Shown: piece after piece, positions 13,877 to 25,015 of the stretch
Layout: each line of letters starts with the position of its first letter
Numbering within the stretch: the first letter of the stretch is position 1
Assembly (NCBI RefSeq): GCF_001194135.2
Contig: NC_068998.1
Coordinates: forward strand, 12,409,525 to 12,473,524
Direction: 5' to 3'
Length of the DNA: 64,000 nt
Source of the DNA: Octopus bimaculoides
Lineage: Eukaryota
Notes under the pieces: model-generated
What the model was told of the DNA's origin: nothing
Database searches by the model: none
Seen by the model: the letters and a program-made list of their open reading frames with translations, nothing else
Program-made: the position numbers and the translations under genes

Positions 13877-13914
13877 ACTGTTGAAAAGATCTCAAGGATC
13901 GAAACCGGTTCTGT
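13877..13914 (+). ncRNA. Degenerate minimal hammerhead-like motif
   Basis: ACUG-UUGAAAA-GAUC[UCAAG]GAUC-GAAACCGGU-U-CUGU; core decayed from CUGANGA, palindromic ACCGGU helix III. Confidence 0.35.
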
Positions 13915-13987
13915 AATGTTCTTTATAAAAGTATTTTAGCATTTTCTACATTCTTTAGTTTTTGTGAAGCATTGTGAGGTATAATCT

Positions 13988-14103
13988 AAAGAATGTAGTT
14001 TTTGTAAAGCTGGAACAACGCGAGAAGGTACTAAGTAACCTACAAATTGAAGTTTACTTTGTAACTTATCGCAGTGTTCCGGCTTTACACAACTACATTC
14101 TTT
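13988..14103. mobile_element. About 116-bp MITE with about 35-bp TIRs
   Basis: AAAGAATGTAGTT..GTAAAGC.GGAACA..GCGA at 13988-14023 is inverted at 14069-14103. Flanks fit TA or (C/T)TAA/TTAA. Confidence 0.7.
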
Positions 14104-14549
14104 AAATATAGACACACGCACACACACATATATATACATGGGTTCGATTCCTGTCGGAGTCAGCTCGAAATTTTTCAGTCAATTGTTTAGATAAATGACG
14201 CTTTAAATCAGAGTATATATATTATTATATATTTTTATATAGTTATTACTGTTCACACACACACACACACACACACATACACACACACACATACACACAC
14301 ACACACTCATATATATGTATGTATGTATGTATGCATGTACATATCTATACATATATATGTGTACATATCTCTTTCTCTCTCTCTCTATATATATATACAT
14401 ATATATGTGTATATACATCTATCTATCTATCTATCTATCTATCTATATACTTTATATATATGCTTATGTCTCGACTGTCTTGCTTCTGACTAGTGTTTGA
14501 AGCTTGTCCTATTTTTGTAGTGAGTTCAATGCTCAAATTATTATGCTTT

Positions 14550-14830
14550 GAATAGGACTTGATTAGTAGAGGATATTATGGATATTGAACACTATAAAAG
14601 AGATATACTATCTAGATTACATGATACGACCTACTATAAAAAGGTAAACTATTACCAAATAAACCAAAGACACTGACTGAACTGAACACACTCATTCACA
14701 AACATCAAACGGGTTTAATAAACAAGGAATATGACTACCTAACCTATTTTGATTGTAAGACTAGCTACCTCTACGGTCTCCCCCAAATCCGTAAGAATCA
14801 AACTATTAAAAATGCATGAAAATGAGCTTT
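14550..14830 (+). mobile_element. Penelope-like RT fragment
   Basis: IMDIEHYKRDILSRLHDTTYYKKV...DYLTYFDCKTSYLYGL-PQIRKNQTIKNA, corresponding to the FYGLPKIHK motif. Confidence 0.8.
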
Positions 14831-14865
14831 TTATTCCGGAGACATTGTTTTCTTTCAGCATTCAG

Positions 14866-14952
<87 letters not shown>

Positions 14953-15622
14953 GTGTGTGTGTGTATGTGTTCCCGGGTGAGGATCTTTATATTGACTNNN
15001 NNNNNNNNNNNNNNNNNNNNNNNNNNNNNNNNNNNNNNNNNNNNNNNNNNNNNNNNNNNNNNNNNNNNNNNNNNNNNNNNNNNNNNNNNNNNNNNNNNNN
15101 NNNNNNNNNNNNNNNNNNNNNNNNNNNNNNNNNNNNNNNNNNNNNNNNNNNNNNNNNNNNNNNNNNNNNNNNNNNNNNNNNNNNNNNNNNNNNNNNNNNN
15201 NNNNNNNNNNNNNNNNNNNNNNNNNNNNNNNNNNNNNNNNNNNNNNNNNNNNNNNNNNNNNNNNNNNNNNNNNNNNNNNNNNNNNNNNNNNNNNNNNNNN
15301 NNNNNNNNNNNNNNNNNNNNNNNNNNNNNNNNNNNNNNNNNNNNNNCAAGCGATAGTGAAAGAAGACCGTTGTACATGTGCGTGCGCGCACACACGCACA
15401 TGTACAACGGTCTTCTTTCAGTTTCCGTCTACCAAATCCACTCACAAGGCTTTGATCGGCCCGAGGCTATAGTAGAGGACATTTGCCCAAGGTGCCACGC
15501 AGTGGGACCGAACCTGGAACCATGTGGTTGGGAAGTAAGCTCCTTATCACACAGCCACGCCTGCGCCTATGCATATATATATATATATATATATATATAC
15601 TTTATTTAAAAGAAGCAGAAAT

Positions 15623-15680
15623 ATAACAAAAGACTGTTACTCTGAGTTTCACGTTGCCGTTCATCGGACAGTTTTGTTAT
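15623..15680 (-). ncRNA. Minimal type I hammerhead ribozyme motif (Penelope/retrozyme-type)
   Basis: Minus strand reads ACUGU-CCGAUGA-ACG[GCAA]CGU-GAAA-CUC[A]GAG-UA-ACAGU. Helix I extends to about 13 bp with a 2-nt bulge. Core has U4C. Confidence 0.7.
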
Positions 15681-16254
15681 GTATGTATGTATGTATATTC
15701 AAGCCTGCATCATACGAGACCATCGTATATACCCATTCATATTGTTAAGATGTTGGGAAGTTATATTTAGCACTATAATGATATTAGAATGCCGGATTGC
15801 CTGATTGAATTATGGTAGACAATTTTAAGAAAACGTCTGCTCTTACAATCAAAGATAAACAAATATAGAATCTAAATCTCTTGATCTGAAATCATATGAC
15901 ATTTATGTTCTAGTTTGTGAAGTAATCTAATTTGTCACTCATTGATAAGATTACGCTGAAAAATTTAAGACACCTCAAATATTTCAATTCTCCTTTTCTC
16001 TCTATCTCTCCGTTTGTCTTCTCTCTTTCTTTTTCCCCTTTTTCTCTATCAATCATTCTTTCCTTCCTTGTGTTAATCATTCAAGATTATAATCGATTGT
16101 ATCGATACCTGTAGTTGATTGGTGCTTCTTTTATTAGAATACTAAATGGAAAAGTCGATCCCAGTTGATTTCCTACTTAGAACGTAAAATGGCATACACA
16201 ACAATTACAAGGTATTTTGCTCATCACTCATTCACTTGTGCCATTCAACGTCTG

Positions 16255-16520
16255 TGGAGACGCATGACTCAGTGGTTAGAGTGTTGAACTCATGATCGTA
16301 AGATTATGGTTTCGATTTCTGGTCCGGGCGAAAACACATCATTTCGATTCATGGTCCGGGCGAAAACACATCATTTCAGTTCTTTGTTCGGGCGAAAACA
16401 CGTCATTTCGATTCATGGTCCGGGCGAAAACACATAATTTCACTCTACTCCAGTCCAGTCAGCTGGTAACAAAAATGAATAATCCTGTGATGGTCCAAGG
16501 AGGAATATATACGCCAAAGG
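16255..16520 (+). mobile_element. tRNA-derived SINE family E with an internal 4 x 32-bp tandem repeat
   Basis: Head GCATGACTCAGTGGTTAGAGTG..GGTTTCGATT; tail CTCCAGTCCAGTCAGCTGG shared with the copy at 18190-18437(-). Units at 16310, 16342, 16374 and 16406. Confidence 0.8.
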
Positions 16521-18189
16521 AAACCAGGAAACCAGTCCAGTGCTCCTTATAGAGCAATGTGGACTAATCACTACCATCAACCATTCTTCGTCTACATAAC
16601 TTTCTTTCTTTCTACTCTCCTTCAATGGAGAGATATTATATTAAAGAAAAGTGACTGATAGTATACAAATTAGAATATAGGTCGATATATAAAGAGAATA
16701 AGAGAAGAGACAGAAAAAGATACTAAGTAAAGGATGACCCGTTTCCCAACAGAATAGTAATTGTTTCCCAAGGCTACCAGTTATGATGAGAAGAGGTTAG
16801 TCGATTACATCAACGCCAGTACTTGACTGATGCTTTATTTGATCGACCGCGAAGAGATGAAAGGCAATGTTAACCTCAGTGACATCTGAACTCAGGACAT
16901 GCAGAAATAAATACAGAAAAAGCAATTTTTTCCCCGACACTGTAGCAATTCTGCAAACCACCACTCCGTCAAAAAGAAGAAATGCGAGTAATAAAGTAGA
17001 AAGTAAATTAGTCCACCGCGTTCATCATGAACATAAGCGTCGCAACGATATATGTGAAAAGCTTCTCGTTATTTGATACACAAAGACAATATAAAAATTC
17101 ACAGTAGCACACACTCACACATCTTACATATATATTACATCACACGTGAAGTTTTGTTAAGATGACTTCTTTGTCATTCCTTGAGAAATGTTCTCGCTCT
17201 ATTTATAAAATTTTGAGAACAGCTACAAGGCCGATGAGAATGACATACAAACCTCTTTTCCTAAATACTGAACGCTCTGAGCGATTATGTTGAAAATTAT
17301 GCGCGCTCACACACGCATACGCATGCTCATACATAGGCTTGTTGCTGAAAAAGAGTCAAAGGAGATAAAACTCAAGACATAAGAGTACATGTATTTATTA
17401 TTATTTAGCGGCCAAGCAGCGAGCTGGCAGAGTCGATAGCACGCCGCGCAAAATGCTTAGCGACATTTTGCTCATCATTACGTTCTGAGTTCAAATTACG
17501 CCGAAGTTCACTTTGCTTTTCGTCCTTTCGAGGTTGATAAAATAACTATCAGTTGAGCATTGGAGTCAATGTAATCGACTTGCGCCCTCTCACTAAGTTT
17601 AAAGGCCTTGTGCCTTCAGTAGAAACCATTATTCACCTGTGAAATAGCACAAATGACTCGAGGGTCAACGATTTCGTGCATTGTACTTATCGAACTTACT
17701 TAAGATTCGTGAATTCATTTTCAACGCGGTGTTCTATCATAAATTTTTCGAAAATATTCGCTCAAAAACAATGCATAGATTTCAAAACCTTTCTTTTGAG
17801 ATAAAAATAAAATATAGTGAAATCTATTACAGACGTGACTGTGTGGTTAGAAGTTTGTTTCCCAACCACATGGTTCCAGATTCAATCCCACTGCGCGGCA
17901 CATTGGGCAAGTGTCTTTTACTATAGCCTTGGGCAGATCAAAAACTTGTGAGTGGATTTGGTAGGAAACTAAACGAAGCCCTTTGTACATATGTGTGTGT
18001 GTCTTTGATTGTGCCTCATCACTGCTTGACGATCGGCGTTGGTATGTTTACATCACCATAACTTAACGATTCGGTAAAAGAGACCGATAGAATAAGTACC
18101 AGGCTTTAAAAAACAATGTACCGGGTCGATTTATTCGGCCAAAAATTCTTCGAGGCGGTGCCCGAGCATGGCCGCAGTCTAATGACTGA

Positions 18190-18437
18190 AAAAAATAAAA
18201 GCAACCCACAGACACGCGTGCCCCTAACGTAGATCTCAGGGAGATTCAGCGTGACACAGAGTGTGACAAGGCTGGCCCTTTGAAATACAGGTACTACTCA
18301 TTTTTGCCAGCTGAGTGGACTGGAGCAACGTGAAATGAAGTGTTTTGCTCAAAGACACAACGCGTTACCAGGAATTGAACTCACGACTTTACAATCGTGA
18401 CTCGAATGCCTTAATCACTAATCCACGTGTTTTCACT
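18190..18437 (-). mobile_element. tRNA-derived SINE family E
   Basis: Minus strand GTGATTAAGGCATTCGAGTCACGATTGTAAAGTCGTGAGTTCAATTCCTGG..GAGCAAAACACTTCATTTCACGTTGCTCCAGTCCACTCAGCTGG. Confidence 0.8.
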
Positions 18438-19685
18438 ACACACACACACACACACACACACATGCATATATATATATATGCATGCATATCCGAATTGTAT
18501 GTGCTCTAAATGTTTCTAAATGTATGTCCCTGTATATTCTTTGTATTCATTTGTATCAAATATATTATGCTATTCAATATTTGTGTAAAATACCATTGTT
18601 CCACATGTCGCTTTGTGTAATACTGAATTTGTATATTCTGTAAAACAATTTTTGAAACATGCTTTGCATGCATGGACGGATAGTTGAGGCAAATAGATGA
18701 AGCAGTTATTATTATGCGGGCTTGCAAAGTACTCACAGCGTTGAAAAAATACCCTCGTTCCGGCTCTGTACTTTTTGAGTTCAATTTCTATCGAGGTCAA
18801 CTTTGCCTTTCATCATGGCTGAGTCGTTAGAATGAAATACCATAAAATACTGAGGTTTGATGGTATTGACTGTTCTTCTATTCTCAAAATTGCTCGTCTT
18901 GTGCCAAAATTCTTATTATTATTATTATTCTGCCGAGGTCGACTTTGCCTTTCATCCTTTCGGAGTCGATAAAATAAGTACCAGGAACGTACTGGTGTCG
19001 ATATAATCGACTAGGCCCCACCTCCAAATTTCATGCCTTGTGCCTTTTGTAGAAAGGATTATTATTTTGGTTTGGCTCAGGTTCGGTCTTATTCCTGGTA
19101 GGATTTATGCGGGTAGCGGGTTACTACCTGTAACCTTAGGTATCTACAAGTTTTCAGCAGTCTTTCAAGTACATAGAACCCTCCTGATAATCCTTGTTGT
19201 CCGCGAGAGACAGACTTTCATTATTATTATTATTATTATTGTAAGGCGGCGAGCTGGCAGAATCGTGAGCAGGCCGAGCAGAGGGCTTAACGTTAGGTGT
19301 CCACAAATTTTTCAGTAGTCTTTCAAGTGCTTAGAATCCATCTTTACGCCGGAGACCTGACTTCAACGCTTCTGAAACGTCTCTACTAAAATCATGCAAG
19401 TAGCTGATTGAGTCTATTCCGTAAGAGCAGGAACAGTCCTTCGCAGTGGCATCGAACTTGAAACACTTTGCTTTTAATCATACATACATCCACACCAGGG
19501 CATTGATCAAATTAACTACAAAATGTGTGACTTTCCTTTTGCTAAGACTAGAAATCATTTTTTTTCTACTAAAACCCCTTCGACATTTTGGTTTTGATTT
19601 TGATATACTTTCAAAAGAGTTAAGGTAAGTAGTTTTAGTGAAAAGGAAATGGTGAATTGAAAATTAAAATGGCGTCCTCTCACAG

Positions 19686-19809
19686 GCTTTGACAAGAGCT
19701 GTTCGGTCGTGTGCAGCGTTATATAACGAAAAGTACATTAGCCAAATTACTATAGCTGTCGTATTTGCTTGCTTGAACATGAACTTCGCAATTCTGTTAA
19801 AAGCCACAG
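19686..19809 (+). CDS. Candidate exon with a hydrophobic segment (unverified)
   Basis: ctctcacAG| ... ACAG|GTaatc; 41 open codons ALTRAVRSCAALYNEKYISQITIAVVFACLNMNFAILLKAT; phase-1 end. No recognisable homology. Confidence 0.2.
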
Positions 19810-21907
19810 GTAATCTACAATTGGTCTAAAAATGCATCATCACTTAACTAGATGTAATCGTTTCTTCGTTTAGTATTTTTTTATATATTTCTATTTTTTT
19901 TGTCTTTGCTTTATATAAGTGTGTGTGCTCTCTGTTTATATGTATAGGTGTATGAGTATGTTTGTATATGTATGCATGAAAATGTATGCGTTTGAGTGTA
20001 TATGTGTGCATTTTAGTGTGTATATGTATGCGTGTGTGTTTATTACATGTTGGATCTGTTTGTCTAGTTGCGGCAAAAATATACTGCATAAATTTCCATT
20101 GATTTTTAATATCAAACCGTAATAGACAATTGGCTGCATCAGTTCCTCGACTAAAGTGTTGTGCAATGAAACATCAAATATACGTATATTAGCGCAGTAT
20201 TGAGCTCTATGCAGTATACTTAATGCATATTTCTTCCTCGGCATTGGAGAAAAACAAAGACAAAGACTGAGATAGAGAGAAAAGGTTTGAGAGAGATAGA
20301 GGGGTTGAGAATAAAACTCATTGATGACGTGTCAACTGACCTGTATGAGCATAACTTTGTGATTCTATTGCCATGTAAACCTGAAATGCTCTCACCCGAA
20401 TTTAATGGTGTGTAGCTTGATAAGAACAATATCGATGGTGTAAATTCTGAGTGAATCCAGGTTTGGAACCAGTATCAATTCCTTGTATCAATTTCAATTC
20501 GTTTACGGCACTAAACGGTGATGCAAAGCAAGTAAAATGATTACTTCCGGGATAAGCGTTACAGCTTCCCATCAAATCATTCGTTAATACTTAACTTTAT
20601 GATAGTAATTGCTGAAAGTACATGTGTACTTTTGTTTTGTGTTTTTACATTATTTTCGGCTCTTATTGAAAATTATGACATCCCTGCCATGAGCAACTTG
20701 TTACTCCGTTATCCGATGTGTTCTTCCATTTCTTTTAAATAAGGTGCATTTTAATGAGGATTTAGTTACTAATCCTAACAGGTGAAGCGACCAAGTAGAA
20801 AACCAATCACAGGCTTATGTTTAATTTCATACATAACTTTTTTGAAGGTTAATTCTGTTATCATATGAGAAGGACTAAATGAATAAATTGTAGTTTGGTG
20901 GATTCGGCGACTTATAGCTTTGAGATCGAATCCTCTTAGATATTAAAAAAAACTAAGAAGACGTGATAAAAGCAGTTAATTCGCCTTATGAAATATATTT
21001 TAGCCTTACAATAAAGTAATTTGTGAAATAAAACTAAGTGAAATAAGAATAGACAAAAGAAACAAAGGATTATAATGCTCGATTATTAAGCGATCGAAAT
21101 TTTGAGATACGCTGATGTTTTCAACTTGGATGTCCTTCAGGTTACATTGATATCTGGTTAGATTGTCGAGGCACAAAAATACGCATCCTTTTTCTCTTTT
21201 CCCTTTCTTACAATATGGATTATAATGAAGCAGTTATAATAATAATAAACCGTCTCTAAGATTATCACATACAAATATAATTAAACATCTTCCCCTCGGG
21301 GATGTAATAGATGCATTTCTTCATTTTATTTACTGAAAGATTTGACTCCGAAAATATCTACTTAAATGGGACTTAGGAATATGTGACAGTTTAGGATTCT
21401 GACAATTGTGGAGGGTGCTTTATATACTTTGCCATCCTTATACTCCATTAAAACTAACTATTGAATTGAGGTTTGTCAACTCATTTGTCTCGCTTTGTCC
21501 TGTGAACTATAGTGTTGGGTTTGGAACAAATAATGTATTTGTATATTGAAACAGAGTTAGGCTATAAATTAACAGGATACATTGTGTAAACGAACGCCAA
21601 ATGAGCTCTACACCACTGAAGTAGTCTGGAACTTTCTTTAAAATACTTTTAAATGTACATAACAACAAAAACCTTTTACTGTCATCTTAACATTAGACTG
21701 TCATCTTATAATCAAATTACTTTTAAAATAAAATTCTAATTTACTTATGTTTTGACAGACATTCTCTAGAAGAATACACTGTACAAAACCATATATATGG
21801 CACCCTAGTTATAACACCAACTTGAACTTCTAACTTGCTGTCTCTTGAGGTCTCTGGGTGAGACTTGGAGTCAACGTGTGCAAATACAAAGCAAAAGTCA
21901 AACATAT

Positions 21908-22485
21908 AATAATAATAATAATAATAATAATGATAAATGCCCTGATACTGTACCAGGTACTGGCTCTCATGGCTTCTGATCTTACTGATTGGAAGTATTA
22001 TCATGTACATTGTTTTGTCTTTGTATAAAAGATGTGCTACAAGAAATATTCTGCTCAATACCATAGATTTGCAGGTCATTTGCTGACCTTAACTAGTTGA
22101 GCATGTCCTTCGGTAGTCAACTATATGTGCATCTCTGATCACGAGCATTATAGCAATGTGTTGAGAGGAATTCTTTGGGGTTTAGATAATTCACCTCTGG
22201 AAACATGGGAATTTCATTCAACATCCTTAAACAAACCTTATCCAGGGACCTTTTGAGTGAGACGGGTACTCGACCTGAAGAAAATTATCATTGAGCTCCA
22301 CCTGCAAGATCGTCCGCTGTTCATCTTGAGATGAGATCATCATGTCGCGCACATATGGTTGTGATGCATGTGCCTGGTGTGCTCTTATCAGACGGGTAGT
22401 CATAATGAGTATACTGGGCTTCGTATATTTTATACCAGTATCACTTTGATGGCATGCACTGCTCTCTCACTCAATAATAATAATA
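21908..22485 (+). mobile_element. Dispersed repeat embedded in (AAT)n on both sides (family C); partial second copy at 54390-54570
   Basis: Flanked by (AAT)n left and right; ends CTCTCTCACTC-AATAATAAT. Second copy shares CACCTGCAAG..ATATGGTTGTGATG..ATCAGACGGGTAGT..CTCACTC(AAT)n. Confidence 0.75.
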
Positions 22486-22659
22486 ATCCTTTCTACTCTT
22501 TTACTCTTTTACTTGTTTCAGTCATTTGACTGCGGCCATGCTGGAGCACCGCCTTTAGTCGAGCAGATCGACCCTAGGACTTATTCTTTGGAAGCCTAGT
22601 ACTTATTCAATCGGTCTCTTTTGCCGAACCGCTAAGTTACGGGGGCTTGAAATTTTGCC

Positions 22660-22838
22660 TGAAAGTGGGGATTAGTCGATTAAATCGATCCGAGTGTTTC
22701 ACTAGTATTTAATTTATTGCTCCCGAAAGGATGAAGGACAAAGTCGACCTCGGTGAAATTTGAACTCAGAATGTGAAGACGGTCGGAATACCGCCAAGCA
22801 TTTCGCTCAGCCTGGTAACGATTCTGCCAGCTCGTCAC

Positions 22839-22876
<38 letters not shown>

Positions 22877-23078
22877 TAAGAATTTCTATTAAAGGCACAA
22901 AGCCTAGTATTTTGGGGGAGGGTACTAGTCAATTACATCGGCTCCAGGTTTTCACTGCTAATTAATTTATCGACTCTGAAAGAATAAAAGGCAAATTCGA
23001 CCAATGCGGAATTTGAACCCAGAACGTGAAAACAGACAAAATACCGCTAGGCATTTCCCCCTAGCGTACTAATGATTC
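22660..23078 (-). mobile_element. Two tandem SINE family A copies separated by (TAA)n
   Basis: Each matches the reverse complement of GAGCTGGCAGAATCGTTA..GTTCTGAGTTCAAATT..GAGGTCGACTTTG..CATCCTTTCGG. Confidence 0.85.
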
Positions 23079-23613
23079 NNNNNNNNNNNNNNNNNNNNNN
23101 NNNNNNNNNNNNNNNNNNNNNNNNNNNNNNNNNNNNNNNNNNNNNNNNNNNNNNNNNNNNNNNNNNNNNNNNNNNNNNNNNNNNNNNNNNNNNNNNNNNN
23201 NNNNNNNNNNNNNNNNNNNNNNNNNNNNNNNNNNNNNNNNNNNNNNNNNNNNNNNNNNNNNNNNNNNNNNNNNNNNNNNNNNNNNNNNNNNNNNNNNNNN
23301 NNNNNNNNNNNNNNNNNNNNNNNNNNNNNNNNNNNNNNNNNNNNNNNNNNNNNNNNNNNNNNNNNNNNNNNNNNNNNNNNNNNNNNNNNNNNNNNNNNNN
23401 NNNNNNNNNNNNNNNNNNNNNNNNNNNNNNNNNNNNNNNNNNNNNNNNNNNNNNNNNNNNNNNNNNNNNNNNNNNNNNNNNNNNNNNNNNNNNNNNNNNN
23501 NNNNNNNNNNNNNNNNNNNNNNNNNNNNNNNNNNNNNNNNNNNNNNNNNNNNNNNNNNNNNNNNNNNNNNNNNNNNNNNNNNNNNNNNNNNNNNNNNNNN
23601 NNNNNNNNNNNNN

Positions 23614-23657
<44 letters not shown>

Positions 23658-24049
23658 GTACAACAACAACAACAACAACAACAGCAACAGCAGCAGCAAT
23701 AACAAAAGAACAATAATAATAATAATACTTCTTTTCCTTCTAAATGCTTTTTGCATCGCAAGTCTGAAAATGCAAATGCAACAACAACAAATCATGGATG
23801 TTTTCCGCCCTAGTGTGCCACTGAGCAGAACTCATGCGTCGGCTAATGAAATTTCTCCCTGCACATTGACAATAGCTAGCCATGCAACCCAGAAGCCCTA
23901 TCAGTTACATCCGGTGAAGACTAGAAGAATCCCTCAACTCAGCGCCAAGTAACAAGAACTACTAATAAATGAATAAGAAATGCCCCTTTTAATCAGAAAC
24001 ACCATCTATTAAAAGAATATGGGCTATTGATGTCAACGCAATGTCTTGA

Positions 24050-25015
24050 GTCTCATCAATTATTGGCTTTCCGCCGAGGTTGACTTCGCCTCATCCTTTC
24101 GGGGTCGATGAAATAAGTACCAGTTATGCACTGGAGTCGACGTAATCGACTTCTCCCCTCGCACTAAATTTCAGATCTTGTGCCTGTAAAAGAAAGGATT
24201 ATTTTATTATTATTCTTAAGGCGGCGAACTGGCAGAATCGTTAGCACGCCGGACGAAATGCTTCGCGGTATTTCGTTTGCCGTTACGTTCTGAGTTCAAA
24301 TTCCGCCGAGGTCGACTTTGCCTTTCATCCTTTCGGGGTCGATAAATTAAGTACCAGTTACGCACTGGGGTCGATGTAATCGACTTAATCCGTTCGTCTG
24401 TTCTTGTTTGTTCCCTCTATGTTTAGCCCCTTGTGGGCAATAACGAAATAGGTATTTCGTTTGCCGCTACGTTCCGCCGAGGTCGACTTTGCCTTTCATC
24501 CTTTCGGGTCGATAAAATAGCTATCAGTTGAGTATTGGGATCGATGTAATCGACTAGCCACCTTCCATAAAATGTCAGACCTTGTACTTGTAGTGGAAGG
24601 GATTATTAAGGCGGTGAGCTGGCAGAATTGTTTGCACGCCGAACGAAGTGCCGCTAAGCATTTCGTTCGTATTTACGTTCTGAGTTCAAATTCCACTGAG
24701 ATCGACTTTGCCTTTCATCCTTTCAGTTAAGCAGTGGGGTCGATGTAATCGACTTGTCTCCATCCCAGAATTTTCTTGTCTTGTGCCAAAATTCGAACCG
24801 TTTAAGGCGGCGAGCTGGCAGACTCGTTAGCAACGCCGGGCAAAATGCTTAGCGGTATTTCGTCCGTCCTTATGTTCTGAGTTCAAATTCCGCCGAGGTC
24901 GACTTTGTCTTTTACCCTTTCGGGGTCGATGAAATACGTACCAGTTGAGTACTGGGGTTGATGTAATCGACTTACCCTTTCCCCAAACTTCCTGGCCATG
25001 GGCCAAAATTTGAAA
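24050..25015 (+). mobile_element. Head-to-tail cluster of five SINE family A units
   Basis: Repeated AAGGCGGCGAGCTGGCAG..GTTCTGAGTTCAAATTCCGCCGAGGTCGACTTTGCCTTTCATCCTTTCGGGGTCGAT..ACTGGGGTCGATGTAATCGACT units starting near 24050, 24218, 24451, 24608 and 24803. Confidence 0.9.

Noticed and set aside
16258-16330. tRNA gene
   Set aside because: Only A/B-box-like head with no complete cloverleaf; continues into SINE body. The same applies to the family A and B heads.
16310-16437. CRISPR-like array
   Set aside because: Units are contiguous with no unique spacers, lie inside a SINE, and no cas genes are present; eukaryotic context.
18520-18760. Penelope GIY-YIG remnant (NSIIYLIQ..)
   Set aside because: Resemblance too weak to support a call.
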